Positions 17,564 to 26,180 of a stretch of 64,000 nucleotides of DNA are shown piece by piece. The stretch is taken from positions 1 through 64,000 of the IMG/VR virus record IMGVR_UViG_3300029951_000013; one strand, 5' to 3'. Numbering within the stretch: the stretch's first letter is position 1; each line of letters opens with the position of its first letter. The notes under the pieces were generated by a model. It saw only the letters and a list, made by a program, of their open reading frames with translations. It did not search any database and was not told the origin of the DNA. Origin of the DNA: a virus. The position numbers and the translations under genes were made by a program.

Positions 17564-17773
17564 ATGCCGAAGTTCCAGTACCAGCCGGAGACCACCGCGT
17601 ACTACGCCGACCGCGTCGCCAAGGAGCTGGCCGCCGGCCGGTTCGTGGAGACCACCTTCGACCCGGAGGACGGGAAGATCACCGGTCTGGTCGGAGTCGA
17701 TCCGCACACCCCGTTCGCCGACCAGATCACCGCGAAGGCCGAGCGCCGCGCCGACACGCGCGACGCCCGCTGA
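17564..17773 (+). CDS. Hypothetical protein
   Basis: Start-associated motif plus AAGGAG RBS. Confidence 0.65.
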   Translation: MPKFQYQPETTAYYADRVAKELAAGRFVETTFDPEDGKITGLVGVDPHTPFADQITAKAERRADTRDAR

Positions 17774-17787
17774 ACCACCCGCACAAC

Positions 17788-17863
17788 GCCCCCGCCAGAG
17801 TGATGACTCCTCAGGAGAACAGCGTCGGACTCCAGCCCGTTCGAGTCGGGCCGGGGGCACGCA
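17788..17863 (+). ncRNA. tRNA-like element with no recognisable anticodon arm
   Basis: Perfect GCCCCCG/CGGGGGC acceptor stem; GCCCG-TTCGAGT-CGGGC T-arm; 72 nt to the discriminator A, then CGCA. Confidence 0.6.
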
Positions 17864-17907
17864 GTACCGCACGACCGATCAACGACCACTGACCAGAAGG
17901 ACCCGCC

Positions 17908-18255
17908 ATGCAGATGACCCCGCGCACCGCGCGCGTCCACCGCGCCGCCGCCCTGCTGCGCGCCCGCCGCTTCACCGCGAGCCTGCGCAAGGGCCGCTCG
18001 CTCGCCACCCACGTGATCGCCGCCGGGGTGACCGACCCCAAGGCCGTCTCCGCCGTCGCGGGCGGACTGCGCTCCGCTGCCCAGCGCCTGGGCGTCGCCC
18101 CGGTCCGGACCGCGCGCACCCGCCGCACTGTCAGGGGCCGCAGCCGCCTGCGCCGCGTCCAGCACTTCACCGCCGCTCAGGTCGCCCGCCTCGCCGCCTC
18201 GTACAAGCCACGCAAGCCGGAGTACGTTGCGGCTGTCATCCTGCTCACCGCCTAG
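17908..18255 (+). CDS. Basic hypothetical protein
   Basis: Start-associated motif plus AAGGA RBS. Confidence 0.65.
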   Translation: MQMTPRTARVHRAAALLRARRFTASLRKGRSLATHVIAAGVTDPKAVSAVAGGLRSAAQRLGVAPVRTARTRRTVRGRSRLRRVQHFTAAQVARLAASYKPRKPEYVAAVILLTA

Positions 18256-18348
18256 GAGCCGACCGTGACCACCACCGACCTCACCACTCTGCCCGTTTCC
18301 AGCGGCCCGACCGCCCGCCCGCGCACCGCTCACCGCCAGGAGCCCCCG

Positions 18349-18504
18349 ATGCCCACCACCGTGACCGTAACGATCTCGCTCGCAGACCTCGAAGCTCTCC
18401 TGCTCGATCTGGAAACGGCTGGCCTGCCCAGCCTGACCACCGCCGACGGAACCGACCGCACCATCAAGGCCCTCACGAACGCCTGGAAGGAAGCGGTCCG
18501 ATGA
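18349..18504 (+). CDS. Small hypothetical protein
   Basis: AGGAG RBS; coupled to the next gene. Confidence 0.5.
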   Translation: MPTTVTVTISLADLEALLLDLETAGLPSLTTADGTDRTIKALTNAWKEAVR

Positions 18505-19133
18505 CGAAGCTCACCGCGCCTCAGCAGGCTGCGATGAAGAGGCTGAGCGAGAAGGGCGTCCTGCACGCGTACAACGGCGTCAGCCGCACCACGATCAAGC
18601 GGCTGGAGACCCTCGGCCTCGTCACCGTGACGTGGTCCGTGAACACCTGGACCAACTACCGCAGCCACCGATCACACTCACAATGCGACTGGACTGCCCG
18701 CCCCACCACCGACCCACCGCCTTTGTGGAATCGCCTGGAACCCGGTCACTACGTCCGTTACGCCAGCGATGGCGTCACCGTCCAGGCCCGCATCGTCCGC
18801 GAGCCCGAGCTGCGCGCCGGCGGCCTCCTCGGCCCGGACCGCTGGACCGCCTGGATCCTCCCGAGCCACGGCGGATGGAACGCCTCCCGGCCAGGCCTGC
18901 GCACCATCAAGGACGCGCAGGCCTGGATCGAGCAGTCACTCCCCGAGGCTGAGGCTGAGATCGCAGCCAAGCGCGCTGCTGGGCAACTGATCGAGCAGAT
19001 CGTCTGCGGTGACGGCGGCGACGAGATGGGCTGCGCCGACTGCGCCGTTGCCCCCAACGACTCCTGGCCCTACGGCTCGGATGTGTGCGGCGAGTGCTGG
19101 GACCGCGCCCTGGCCGAGCTGAAGGACACCTGA
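18501..19133 (+). CDS. Hypothetical protein with wHTH-like N-terminus and C-terminal CxxC pair
   Basis: LTAPQQAAMKRL...RTTIKRLETLGLV; CADC...CGEC. Confidence 0.6.
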   Translation: MTKLTAPQQAAMKRLSEKGVLHAYNGVSRTTIKRLETLGLVTVTWSVNTWTNYRSHRSHSQCDWTARPTTDPPPLWNRLEPGHYVRYASDGVTVQARIVREPELRAGGLLGPDRWTAWILPSHGGWNASRPGLRTIKDAQAWIEQSLPEAEAEIAAKRAAGQLIEQIVCGDGGDEMGCADCAVAPNDSWPYGSDVCGECWDRALAELKDT

Positions 19134-19381
19134 TGCCCGCCAAGCGCCGCACCCCGTACCAGATGACCCACGCACCCGTCCGGGTCTCCATGAACTTCTG
19201 CACCGGCACGGAGCTGGACAGCAGCAAGCGCTTCTGTGCCACCTGCGAGCGCCCTCTCAAGCGACGCGTCCCCCACCACCCCCGCATCAACGGCGCGTTC
19301 GGGTGGACCGCGCACTACAGGGACGGCAGCACACGAGAACTCGCACCCGGGGGCGTCCCCGACCTCGCGCGCCCCGCCTGA
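19133..19381 (+). CDS. Hypothetical protein with CxxC
   Basis: TGATG coupling. Confidence 0.5.
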   Translation: MPAKRRTPYQMTHAPVRVSMNFCTGTELDSSKRFCATCERPLKRRVPHHPRINGAFGWTAHYRDGSTRELAPGGVPDLARPA

Positions 19382-19435
19382 CCGCCGCCTAGCACACCCG
19401 CCCGCCCACCCGCCGCTCACCGATCGGACTCCGCC

Positions 19436-19699
19436 GTGAACACACCTCCGACCAACCAGCAGGCCGCCGAGGTCGAGCGCGCCCGCGTCTACACCCCTGC
19501 GGGTCGCATGGCGCACCTGCTGCGGCCGCTCGACTCCCCCAACTCCACCGTCCCGTCCCTGTGCGGGCGCTGGCCGGGCGCCGGGGACTTCTGGCTCGGC
19601 ACTGGCAGCCAGCGGGAGCGCGAAGAGGCCGCCAAGCGCCCCCTGTGCACGCAGTGCGAGCAGCGCGCCATGACCCCGACCCTCATCCGAGAGATCTGA
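19436..19699 (+). CDS. Small Zn-finger-like protein
   Basis: AH..SLCG...LCTQC. Confidence 0.55.
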   Translation: MNTPPTNQQAAEVERARVYTPAGRMAHLLRPLDSPNSTVPSLCGRWPGAGDFWLGTGSQREREEAAKRPLCTQCEQRAMTPTLIREI

Positions 19700-19755
19700 C
19701 ACCGACCGCCTAGTCCGCCCGCCCGCGCACCACCCCGACCCAGGAGACCACCACT

Positions 19756-20124
19756 ATGACCAGCCTGACCGAACTCGCCCTTGCCGCCTACGAAGAGAAC
19801 ACCCGCGTCCTCGACGAGCAGGCGGCCGTCTTCGACGCGGAAGCCGACGAGGCCACGATCAAGGACGCCACCGCCTACGCCCGGCGCATCCTCTGCGCCG
19901 ACATCGCCCTGGTCTTTGACGTCATCGACCCGCTCGACCCCGACGGCGTCGCAGCCGAGGCCAACTTCCCCGGGCGTCCGGGCTTCAGTATCCGCTTCAC
20001 CGCCGCCGACGAGACGGCCCTGTACCTGATCCGGCCCTGCGCGCACTGCGGCCACGTTCGCGAAGACCGGATCCGAAGCCTTCCTGGTCTCGGCGAACTG
20101 CTCGCTGAGGGCCCGACCCGCTGA
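19756..20124 (+). CDS. Hypothetical protein
   Basis: AGGAG RBS; CAHC. Confidence 0.65.
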   Translation: MTSLTELALAAYEENTRVLDEQAAVFDAEADEATIKDATAYARRILCADIALVFDVIDPLDPDGVAAEANFPGRPGFSIRFTAADETALYLIRPCAHCGHVREDRIRSLPGLGELLAEGPTR

Positions 20125-20205
20125 CCCCAGCCCGGCTGCCCGTCCCGCACGGGCAGTCTCCCCCGCTGTCTAGCCCCCGCCGCGCCACACCCACCGGAGA
20201 CCAGC

Positions 20206-20658
20206 ATGCCGATCCACCTCCCCGCCCCAGCCCACCAGGTTGGCGGCCCCGATGGCCAGGGCTGGAACCGGATCAATCTCGGCTCCTTCGCCAGTGACGA
20301 ATGCGCGCTCAGACCGCTCGACTACAGCCACTACCGCGAGTCCCAGGACACGCGACGATCCCACTACGGCGGCTACGACTCCTGCATCAGCGGCGGCAAA
20401 TGCGAGGGCTGCCCGGTCTTTGAGCGCCACGAAACCATGCGCGCCTTCACCGACCGCGTCCTCGTCCGGATCGACCGCAACGGCACCCCATGGCTCATGG
20501 ACCACCCGGAGAAGGGCTGGTCGTCCCTCGGCCTGCGATGGACATGGGGACGCCTCGCCGTCCTGACCGGCTGGTACCCGGCCGAGAAGTACTCCGATGA
20601 GCACGGCGACGGCTTCTGGCTCGACCGCGCCGACGACAATCCCGCTCCCTCGATCTGA
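20206..20658 (+). CDS. Hypothetical protein, Cys-containing
   Basis: GGAG RBS; typical codon bias. Confidence 0.6.
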   Translation: MPIHLPAPAHQVGGPDGQGWNRINLGSFASDECALRPLDYSHYRESQDTRRSHYGGYDSCISGGKCEGCPVFERHETMRAFTDRVLVRIDRNGTPWLMDHPEKGWSSLGLRWTWGRLAVLTGWYPAEKYSDEHGDGFWLDRADDNPAPSI

Positions 20659-20673
20659 CCGGGTCCGGCCTCT

Positions 20674-20856
20674 GTGACCGCACCGATAGCCGGCCTGCCG
20701 ACGGACCCGCACCGGGCGCACCTGCTCGACATGCGGCTCCGCTGGCAGGCCGACCACCACCAGCAGAACGGCCAGCGCTGCCTGGCCCAGTCCCTGCGCT
20801 TCCGGGCCGACACCGCCTGGAAGCGCTACCTCAAGACCGGGAGGTACCCCGCATGA
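20674..20856 (+). CDS. Small hypothetical protein
   Basis: Coupled to the next ORF (ATGA). Confidence 0.4.
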   Translation: MTAPIAGLPTDPHRAHLLDMRLRWQADHHQQNGQRCLAQSLRFRADTAWKRYLKTGRYPA

Positions 20857-21050
20857 ACAAGCTGGAGACCGAAGCCACCGAGACCGGATACTCCCACGGT
20901 CACGCTCACGCCAACTACGTGACCGCGTACGGCGGCGACCCGCACACTGAGCCCGACGTCCCGTCCCGGTTCGCGTCTGTGGCGACGTACTTCACCGCTG
21001 CCTACGAGGACGGCGTCCAGGCGTACCTGGACGAGGCTTACGACGACTGA
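20853..21050 (+). CDS. Small acidic hypothetical protein
   Basis: GGAGG RBS. Confidence 0.6.
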   Translation: MNKLETEATETGYSHGHAHANYVTAYGGDPHTEPDVPSRFASVATYFTAAYEDGVQAYLDEAYDD

Positions 21051-21063
21051 GGAGAGGTTTTTC

Positions 21064-21306
21064 ATGATCGAGACATTGACCCCGATCGACCGGTCCGACA
21101 TCCGTCCCGGTGACGTGATCCAAGGTGTCGTCAAGAGCAGCATTCGCAACCGGACTGTTCGGTTGCGCGTGGACCGCGAACCCTGGGCGGTCGGACCCAA
21201 CAACACCTGTGTCACCGACGGCCGCTCCATCGAAGCTCTGATCACATCCACGCTGCACCTGGTGGACGGCGACTTCGAGACTACAAAGCTTCACGTACTG
21301 GACTGA
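21064..21306 (+). CDS. Small hypothetical protein (SH3-like start)
   Basis: GAGGAGAGG RBS; DIRPGDVI. Confidence 0.6.
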   Translation: MIETLTPIDRSDIRPGDVIQGVVKSSIRNRTVRLRVDREPWAVGPNNTCVTDGRSIEALITSTLHLVDGDFETTKLHVLD

Positions 21307-21325
21307 CCGCACGACCTGATCCACA

Positions 21326-21414
21326 GGACCGGCCCCGACGCGTGGCGGAGGGGCACCCGGAGAGACGGCACCGTACTGCACGCCGCGAGCCGGGTTCGAA
21401 TCCCGGCCGGTCCC
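21326..21414 (+). ncRNA. tRNA-like element, non-canonical D and anticodon region
   Basis: Perfect GGACCGG/CCGGTCC acceptor stem; CCGGG-TTCGAAT-CCCGG T-arm. Confidence 0.6.
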
Positions 21415-21452
21415 CTCCGCACGACCCGACCACCGACCAGAAGGAACACCTC

Positions 21453-21704
21453 ATGCTCGAACTCTCACCGGAGCAGATCGCCGTTGCCGAGCTGAACGGC
21501 TGGGACCTGGAGGAAGTCGCCCGCAACCAGGAGCGCAACCTCCGGATGTACGGACTGATGCGCAAGCACAGCAAGATGGCACTGCTGGGCATGGCCTACC
21601 GTGGCGGCCTCGCCGACTTCAACAGCCCCGCGAAGTGGACCAAGCAGGAACTGGCCGCCGTGGTGGCGGACCAGGAGTTCCGGAAGAGGGAGGTGCAGTC
21701 GTGA
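21453..21704 (+). CDS. Hypothetical protein
   Basis: Start-associated motif plus AAGGA RBS. Confidence 0.65.
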   Translation: MLELSPEQIAVAELNGWDLEEVARNQERNLRMYGLMRKHSKMALLGMAYRGGLADFNSPAKWTKQELAAVVADQEFRKREVQS

Positions 21705-22021
21705 GCGACACCGTGCGCGAGACGACCGCAGAGGTCCGCATCAACTTGGACCGCAGCGGTCCGGCCCGCAAGCTCAAGGGGCCGTCCGACGGCCAGCGCA
21801 CCGTCTACGGGCTGCGCATCCGGTACGCCCGGGGCAACCGGTCATCTGACTGGCGCAACTCAGCCGGAGAGCAGGTGGACAGGGCCGACGTCATTGCGGA
21901 GTGCCAGTACGACGCCTTCGCGGTCGTGGGCGACTTTCCGCAGTGGCTCACCGACCTGGTGGAACAGCACCGCCCCGTCGCCCTGCTCGACTCCGTGCCG
22001 AAGCTGGAAGGCCGGGGATGA
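21701..22021 (+). CDS. Hypothetical protein
   Basis: GGAGG RBS; GTGA coupling. Confidence 0.6.
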   Translation: MSDTVRETTAEVRINLDRSGPARKLKGPSDGQRTVYGLRIRYARGNRSSDWRNSAGEQVDRADVIAECQYDAFAVVGDFPQWLTDLVEQHRPVALLDSVPKLEGRG

Positions 22022-23061
22022 ACGGACGGACCGTCAACCGGAACTGCGGGGACGGGGATAACCCCGCTGACACTGTCAAGGGGATGACGGACGCCGAACT
22101 GGCTGCCGGGATCGTTGACCCCTGGATCACCACTGTGACGCACCTGGCTCTGATCCGGGAGCGGACCGCGCGAGCCGAAGGAGTGAAGATGGACCAGCCG
22201 ATCACCGACGAGGAACGCGCCTGGGCGCAGGGAGTGCTGGACGCGGGCGATGACACCAACGTCCACCTGCTGTCGTACTGCCGGTTCCTGACCAACCCGG
22301 CCCCGGGCACGACGCCGGTGCGCAACGACCGGGGCGGCATCACGGGCTACGCCGACCAGGCGGTCACTGACGAGATCGCCCGGCTGCGCGCCAAGGAGGC
22401 CGAGCACCTGGCCGCCGCTGAGGCGGTGGCCGAGCCCGAGTTGAAGGGCGGACACAACGCGGTCGCCCAGAACTACCGGCTTGCCCGCATGACCCGGGAG
22501 ACCGACGCCGCGTACGCCGCGCAGACCTTCGAGCTGGACGCGGTCGACTGGTACCGGTTGTGCCCGGAGGAACTGCGCCAGGCCTACACGGGCAAGTCCC
22601 AGGGCATGTGGCCGCACCAGCGCGCTGGGAAGGACGCCCAGGAGATCTACACCTACGAAAAGCAGCTGATGGCGCTGGTCCACAAGGATCTGTCCAAGCG
22701 GAAGCTGAAAGAGGACACCGCCGCGCGGGCCAAGACCCTGACGGACGGGGAACTGGCCGCCGAGATCACCCGGAGCGAGGAACTCGACACGATCGTGTTC
22801 CTCGCCCTGGTGAAGGAACGCGACGCCCGGACCAAGCGTGCACGTGCCGCGCGTACCCGGAGCCAGAACAAGCCCGCGTCCCCGGCCCCGTTCACCGAGG
22901 ACGAGGAGCTGTTGCTCGCCAGCACCGCCGCCCAGACCGCGAAGATGACGCTGGCCGAGCTGCGCAAGCACCGCACCGCCTTCGCGGACGGGAGCACGCG
23001 CGGCGACCAGCTCAAGTACGTGGCCGTGGTCCGTGAGCTGACCCGGAGAGGCGGGAGCTGA
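22018..23061 (+). CDS. Hypothetical protein with repeated (M/L)TD.ELAA helical motif
   Basis: ATGA coupling; MTDAELAA, LTDGELAA, MTLAEL. Confidence 0.6.
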   Translation: MNGRTVNRNCGDGDNPADTVKGMTDAELAAGIVDPWITTVTHLALIRERTARAEGVKMDQPITDEERAWAQGVLDAGDDTNVHLLSYCRFLTNPAPGTTPVRNDRGGITGYADQAVTDEIARLRAKEAEHLAAAEAVAEPELKGGHNAVAQNYRLARMTRETDAAYAAQTFELDAVDWYRLCPEELRQAYTGKSQGMWPHQRAGKDAQEIYTYEKQLMALVHKDLSKRKLKEDTAARAKTLTDGELAAEITRSEELDTIVFLALVKERDARTKRARAARTRSQNKPASPAPFTEDEELLLASTAAQTAKMTLAELRKHRTAFADGSTRGDQLKYVAVVRELTRRGGS

Positions 23062-23112
23062 TGCTGTCGAACACCGGCCGGATTGAGCGACGCGAGGCTG
23101 AGGCGGCACAGC

Positions 23113-23343
23113 ATGGCTGACACCGTGCACCCGCTGCCGCCGGGCACCCGGATCCGGCACGTCGGCCAGGAATGGGCCCGGACTGCCACCGCGACGGTCC
23201 TGGACTGGACGGGCCCCTACGCTGACGGCAGCTACGAGTACCGCGTCCGGGCCGGCGTGGATATCTCCTGCCGCACCGGCCCGCACAACCCGGAGACGCG
23301 GGAGACCCGATGGTCCTCGCTCTCCGTCCGTACCGCCACCTGA
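23113..23343 (+). CDS. Small hypothetical protein
   Basis: GAGG RBS; PLPPGTRIRH start. Confidence 0.5.
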   Translation: MADTVHPLPPGTRIRHVGQEWARTATATVLDWTGPYADGSYEYRVRAGVDISCRTGPHNPETRETRWSSLSVRTAT

Positions 23344-23364
23344 GCGCCCGCAGATACGGACGCA

Positions 23365-23440
23365 GCCCGGCCGGGGGCCGAACCCCGGCCGGGCGCTCCG
23401 GCCCCGCAGCGATGACTTTCTCACCCCTCGCTGCGGGGCC
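23365..23440 (+). other. Two adjacent strong GC hairpins
   Basis: GCCCGGCCGGGG/CCCCGGCCGGGC and GGCCCCGCAGCGA/TCGCTGCGGGGCC. Confidence 0.6.
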
Positions 23441-23480
23441 GTACCAATGAGACCACTGACCACCGACGAGGGAGTACAGC

Positions 23481-23687
23481 ATGACCGTCCTGGAGGAGTT
23501 CAACACCCATCTGCGACAGTGCCCCGGCTGCGTCGCCGTCCTCGACGGGGACGGCGAGATCGTCCCCGCCCGGCTGTGCCGGCACGCGGAGCGCATGCAG
23601 CAGACGCTGGAGTGGAGTTCGGCGCGCATCAGCGCCGCCGCTGACCGGCTGCTGACCCGGCTGACCGGGACGGAGCCGGCCCGGTGA
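23481..23687 (+). CDS. Small hypothetical protein
   Basis: Start-associated motif plus GGGAG RBS; H...CPGC. Confidence 0.55.
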   Translation: MTVLEEFNTHLRQCPGCVAVLDGDGEIVPARLCRHAERMQQTLEWSSARISAAADRLLTRLTGTEPAR

Positions 23688-24382
23688 CCGCGACCGTGCC
23701 GCGCGAGACCCTCAGCCTGGGAGCCAGAACCTTCCTGCGCACTCTGCTGGGGGCCGGGTGCGGCACGGTGGAGGGCTACTACCGCCACCGGATGCGCCTG
23801 CACGAACTGGCCTGCTCGCGCTGTGCGGCGGCTTTTGCGGAGCATCCAGGGCTGCCGCCGGTCCACCGGGACACCTGCGGCACTGAGAAGGGCTGGAGAG
23901 CGCACAGGTACCGGTCCGAACTCCCCTGCGGGCCCTGTGCACAGGCGCGGAAGGGGCACACCGTCCGGTACTGCGGCACCGAGAAGGGCTGGATGCTCCA
24001 CCGCCGGACCGGTGAGAAGCCCTGTCCGGACTGCCGTCAGGCCTTCAACGCCCGCAGGGGGACGCGCCGTGCCGGTGCACGCGCGGGACAAGAGACAAGA
24101 CGCCCGACCACTGACCAGAAAGGTTCTGCCATGAGCCAGAACACCATTCCCGTCCAGGCTGCCGGTCTGCGCAAGGGGGACGTCCTGTTCCAGCCGATCC
24201 CGACCGGGGTCCGGCCGGTGACCGTCGTGGACGTCGTGCGCACCGAGGTCTACCGCAAGGGCCTCCGGCTGCTCGGCGTGGAGATCCTCGGGGAGGAACT
24301 CGTCTCCGACGAGGGAAACCTCCGCAGCCGGGCGGTTCGGATCCTCTCCGGGGAGCGGGTGCTGTGGGACGTCCGGCGCTGA
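23684..24382 (+). CDS. Protein with three CGT..G...H....E..C..C repeats, in frame with a probable separate gene starting at 24131
   Basis: Repeats visible in the translation; internal start motif and RBS before ATG 24131. Confidence 0.6.
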   Translation: MTATVPRETLSLGARTFLRTLLGAGCGTVEGYYRHRMRLHELACSRCAAAFAEHPGLPPVHRDTCGTEKGWRAHRYRSELPCGPCAQARKGHTVRYCGTEKGWMLHRRTGEKPCPDCRQAFNARRGTRRAGARAGQETRRPTTDQKGSAMSQNTIPVQAAGLRKGDVLFQPIPTGVRPVTVVDVVRTEVYRKGLRLLGVEILGEELVSDEGNLRSRAVRILSGERVLWDVRR

Positions 24383-24690
24383 CCGCCCGGGAGCGCGAGG
24401 TGATCCAGCGCGCGGCCCTGGGAGAGACCTACCCCCAGATCGGTCGCGCGTTGGGCATCAGCGCAGGCACAGTAGGCGCGCACGCGTCCCACGCCATGGC
24501 CAAACTGGGCGCGCGCAGTATCGCGCACGCCGTCCACCTGGCTGACCTTCAAGGACTGATCAGTCCGCACGGCTGCGGGCACCCGGACACCTACTGGTGG
24601 CACCTGCGGCACGGAGAGACCACTGACGATGCCTGCAAAGCGGCACATGCCGCTCTGCGCAAGCAACAGAGGAATCACTCCGCCGCCTGA
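24364..24690 (+). CDS. LuxR-type HTH regulator with C-terminal Cys/His motif
   Basis: LTAREREVI...GETYPQIG..LGISAGTV..H.....KLGARS. Confidence 0.85.
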   Translation: MGRPALTAREREVIQRAALGETYPQIGRALGISAGTVGAHASHAMAKLGARSIAHAVHLADLQGLISPHGCGHPDTYWWHLRHGETTDDACKAAHAALRKQQRNHSAA

Positions 24691-24732
24691 CATCCTGGCG
24701 GAATCGTTCCGACGAACAGAGACGAGGAACAC

Positions 24733-25215
24733 ATGACCGAAACCACCGACCGTGCCGAACTGCGGACACAGACCTGTCCGGCGGATCGGCACGAGCCGTG
24801 GACGACCTCCTGCACCGGGATCCAGGACTGCCCCTGGTGCCAGGTGGATGAGATGGCCGCCGCTCAGGCCCGGCTCGTCAAGCTCCTGCGCGAGCGGCAG
24901 CGCTGGCAGAACGGCCGCCTGGTCGCTGAGAGCAGCCCGGAGCCCCGGGAGGTCCGCAAGGCGTTCGGCTGGCCCGCCCCGCAGCCGGCGCACATCAGCC
25001 GGGAGACGGCCAACCACGTGCTCTACCACTTCGGTTCCGGCGGATACCCGGCAGGCAGTTTCACCACCAACCTGATCCACCTCCTGGCCACGGCCCAGGG
25101 ACCGAACGCTGTGCGGCTCGCGGAGACCTTCCCGGAGCACGCCGCGGCCATGCGGCTCGCCTCGGACGTGGAAGACGGGGCCGACCAACTGCGTGCCATC
25201 GCCACCGGGGCGTGA
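24733..25215 (+). CDS. Hypothetical protein
   Basis: GAGGA RBS. Confidence 0.6.
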   Translation: MTETTDRAELRTQTCPADRHEPWTTSCTGIQDCPWCQVDEMAAAQARLVKLLRERQRWQNGRLVAESSPEPREVRKAFGWPAPQPAHISRETANHVLYHFGSGGYPAGSFTTNLIHLLATAQGPNAVRLAETFPEHAAAMRLASDVEDGADQLRAIATGA

Positions 25216-25251
25216 CAGGGCGTCAACTCGGAGGGGAAGGACCACTGACCA

Positions 25252-25455
25252 ATGACCATGACCTGCTGCCCCTACGGCAGCGCCACCGTGTACCGCAGTC
25301 CAGGCGGTGACAACGATGCCCTGCGCCTGGCCGACCGGAAGGCGGCCGAAGAGGGCGGCGGGGCGCACGTCCACATGGATGCCGCTTCGGCCATCTTCGT
25401 CGTTGTCCGGGCTCTGCCCCGGCAGGCCGTCTATCTCGCCGCTCTTCGGTGCTGA
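25252..25455 (+). CDS. Small hypothetical protein
   Basis: GGAGGGGAAGG upstream. Confidence 0.45.
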   Translation: MTMTCCPYGSATVYRSPGGDNDALRLADRKAAEEGGGAHVHMDAASAIFVVVRALPRQAVYLAALRC

Positions 25456-25673
25456 CCGTGAGGTACCGTCTGCGCGACTGGCTGCGCCTGCGCCTGCGGA
25501 GGCAGCGCACCTACCGCTGTGCCGATCCGGGCTGCCATGTGGTCGCCCGGATCGGCACCCGGGCCGACCCCGCTATCTCCCGCAGGATCATGGAGGTGGT
25601 GGCGGCCCACCGCCTGCACCCGCCGCTGACTGAAGCTATGCGGAGGATCCGGGACAACAGGGGGTCTTCGTGA
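25449..25673 (+). CDS. Small hypothetical protein
   Basis: YRC..PGC...H motif. Confidence 0.45.
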   Translation: MLTVRYRLRDWLRLRLRRQRTYRCADPGCHVVARIGTRADPAISRRIMEVVAAHRLHPPLTEAMRRIRDNRGSS

Positions 25674-25923
25674 CCTTCCCTGGACTTCTCGGCCGCAAGT
25701 CCCCGGCGTGAATCCGTCGGCCCACTACCAGTCCTGCACCGTTTCCAATTCCTCGAACATTGTTTCCACTCGTTCGAGGAATCCACCGGATGTGTCCGAC
25801 TCTGCCCGTATCCCGACTGACGAATTCATGCCAACCACTACATCTGGTGTCCGCTGACCCCATGACAACTCGCGTCGCAGGGAGCACAGTTTGTTCACAG
25901 CACCTTAAGAGAGGCCCTACCTC

Positions 25924-26175
25924 ATGGAGATCAGCAGAGAACCGTACCGCTTCAGTCCGGACCAGACCGGGGTCCTCCTCCCACCTGCGCACGACGTCCT
26001 CGGACTTCCGTACCGGGGGGCCTACCTCGCCTGGGAGGACCATCTCGCCAGCTGTCCGCCGTGCGCCCACCGATCCCTGTGGGCCGAGAACGCCTGGTGC
26101 GAACGGGGCACCGCCTTGCAGTTGCAGGCCTCCACCGCACTGGCCCGCCAGCGCACTCTTGCGCACGCGAACTGA
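25924..26175 (+). CDS. Small hypothetical protein
   Basis: GAGAGG RBS; H...CPPC...C. Confidence 0.5.
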   Translation: MEISREPYRFSPDQTGVLLPPAHDVLGLPYRGAYLAWEDHLASCPPCAHRSLWAENAWCERGTALQLQASTALARQRTLAHAN

Positions 26176-26180
26176 CCGCC

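Noticed and set aside
17799-17820. Hammerhead-like GTGATGA...GAAC
   Set aside because: Lacks the CTGANGA and GAAA core and flanking stems; better explained as the interior of the tRNA-like element
2579-21414. Calling the T-loop elements canonical tRNA genes
   Set aside because: No 5-bp/7-nt anticodon arm and no canonical D-arm could be drawn, so they are reported as tRNA-like only
14227-25252. CRISPR-like array suggested by recurring GACCACYGACCA
   Set aside because: Spacing is irregular and gene-sized, the motif is short, and no cas operon is present
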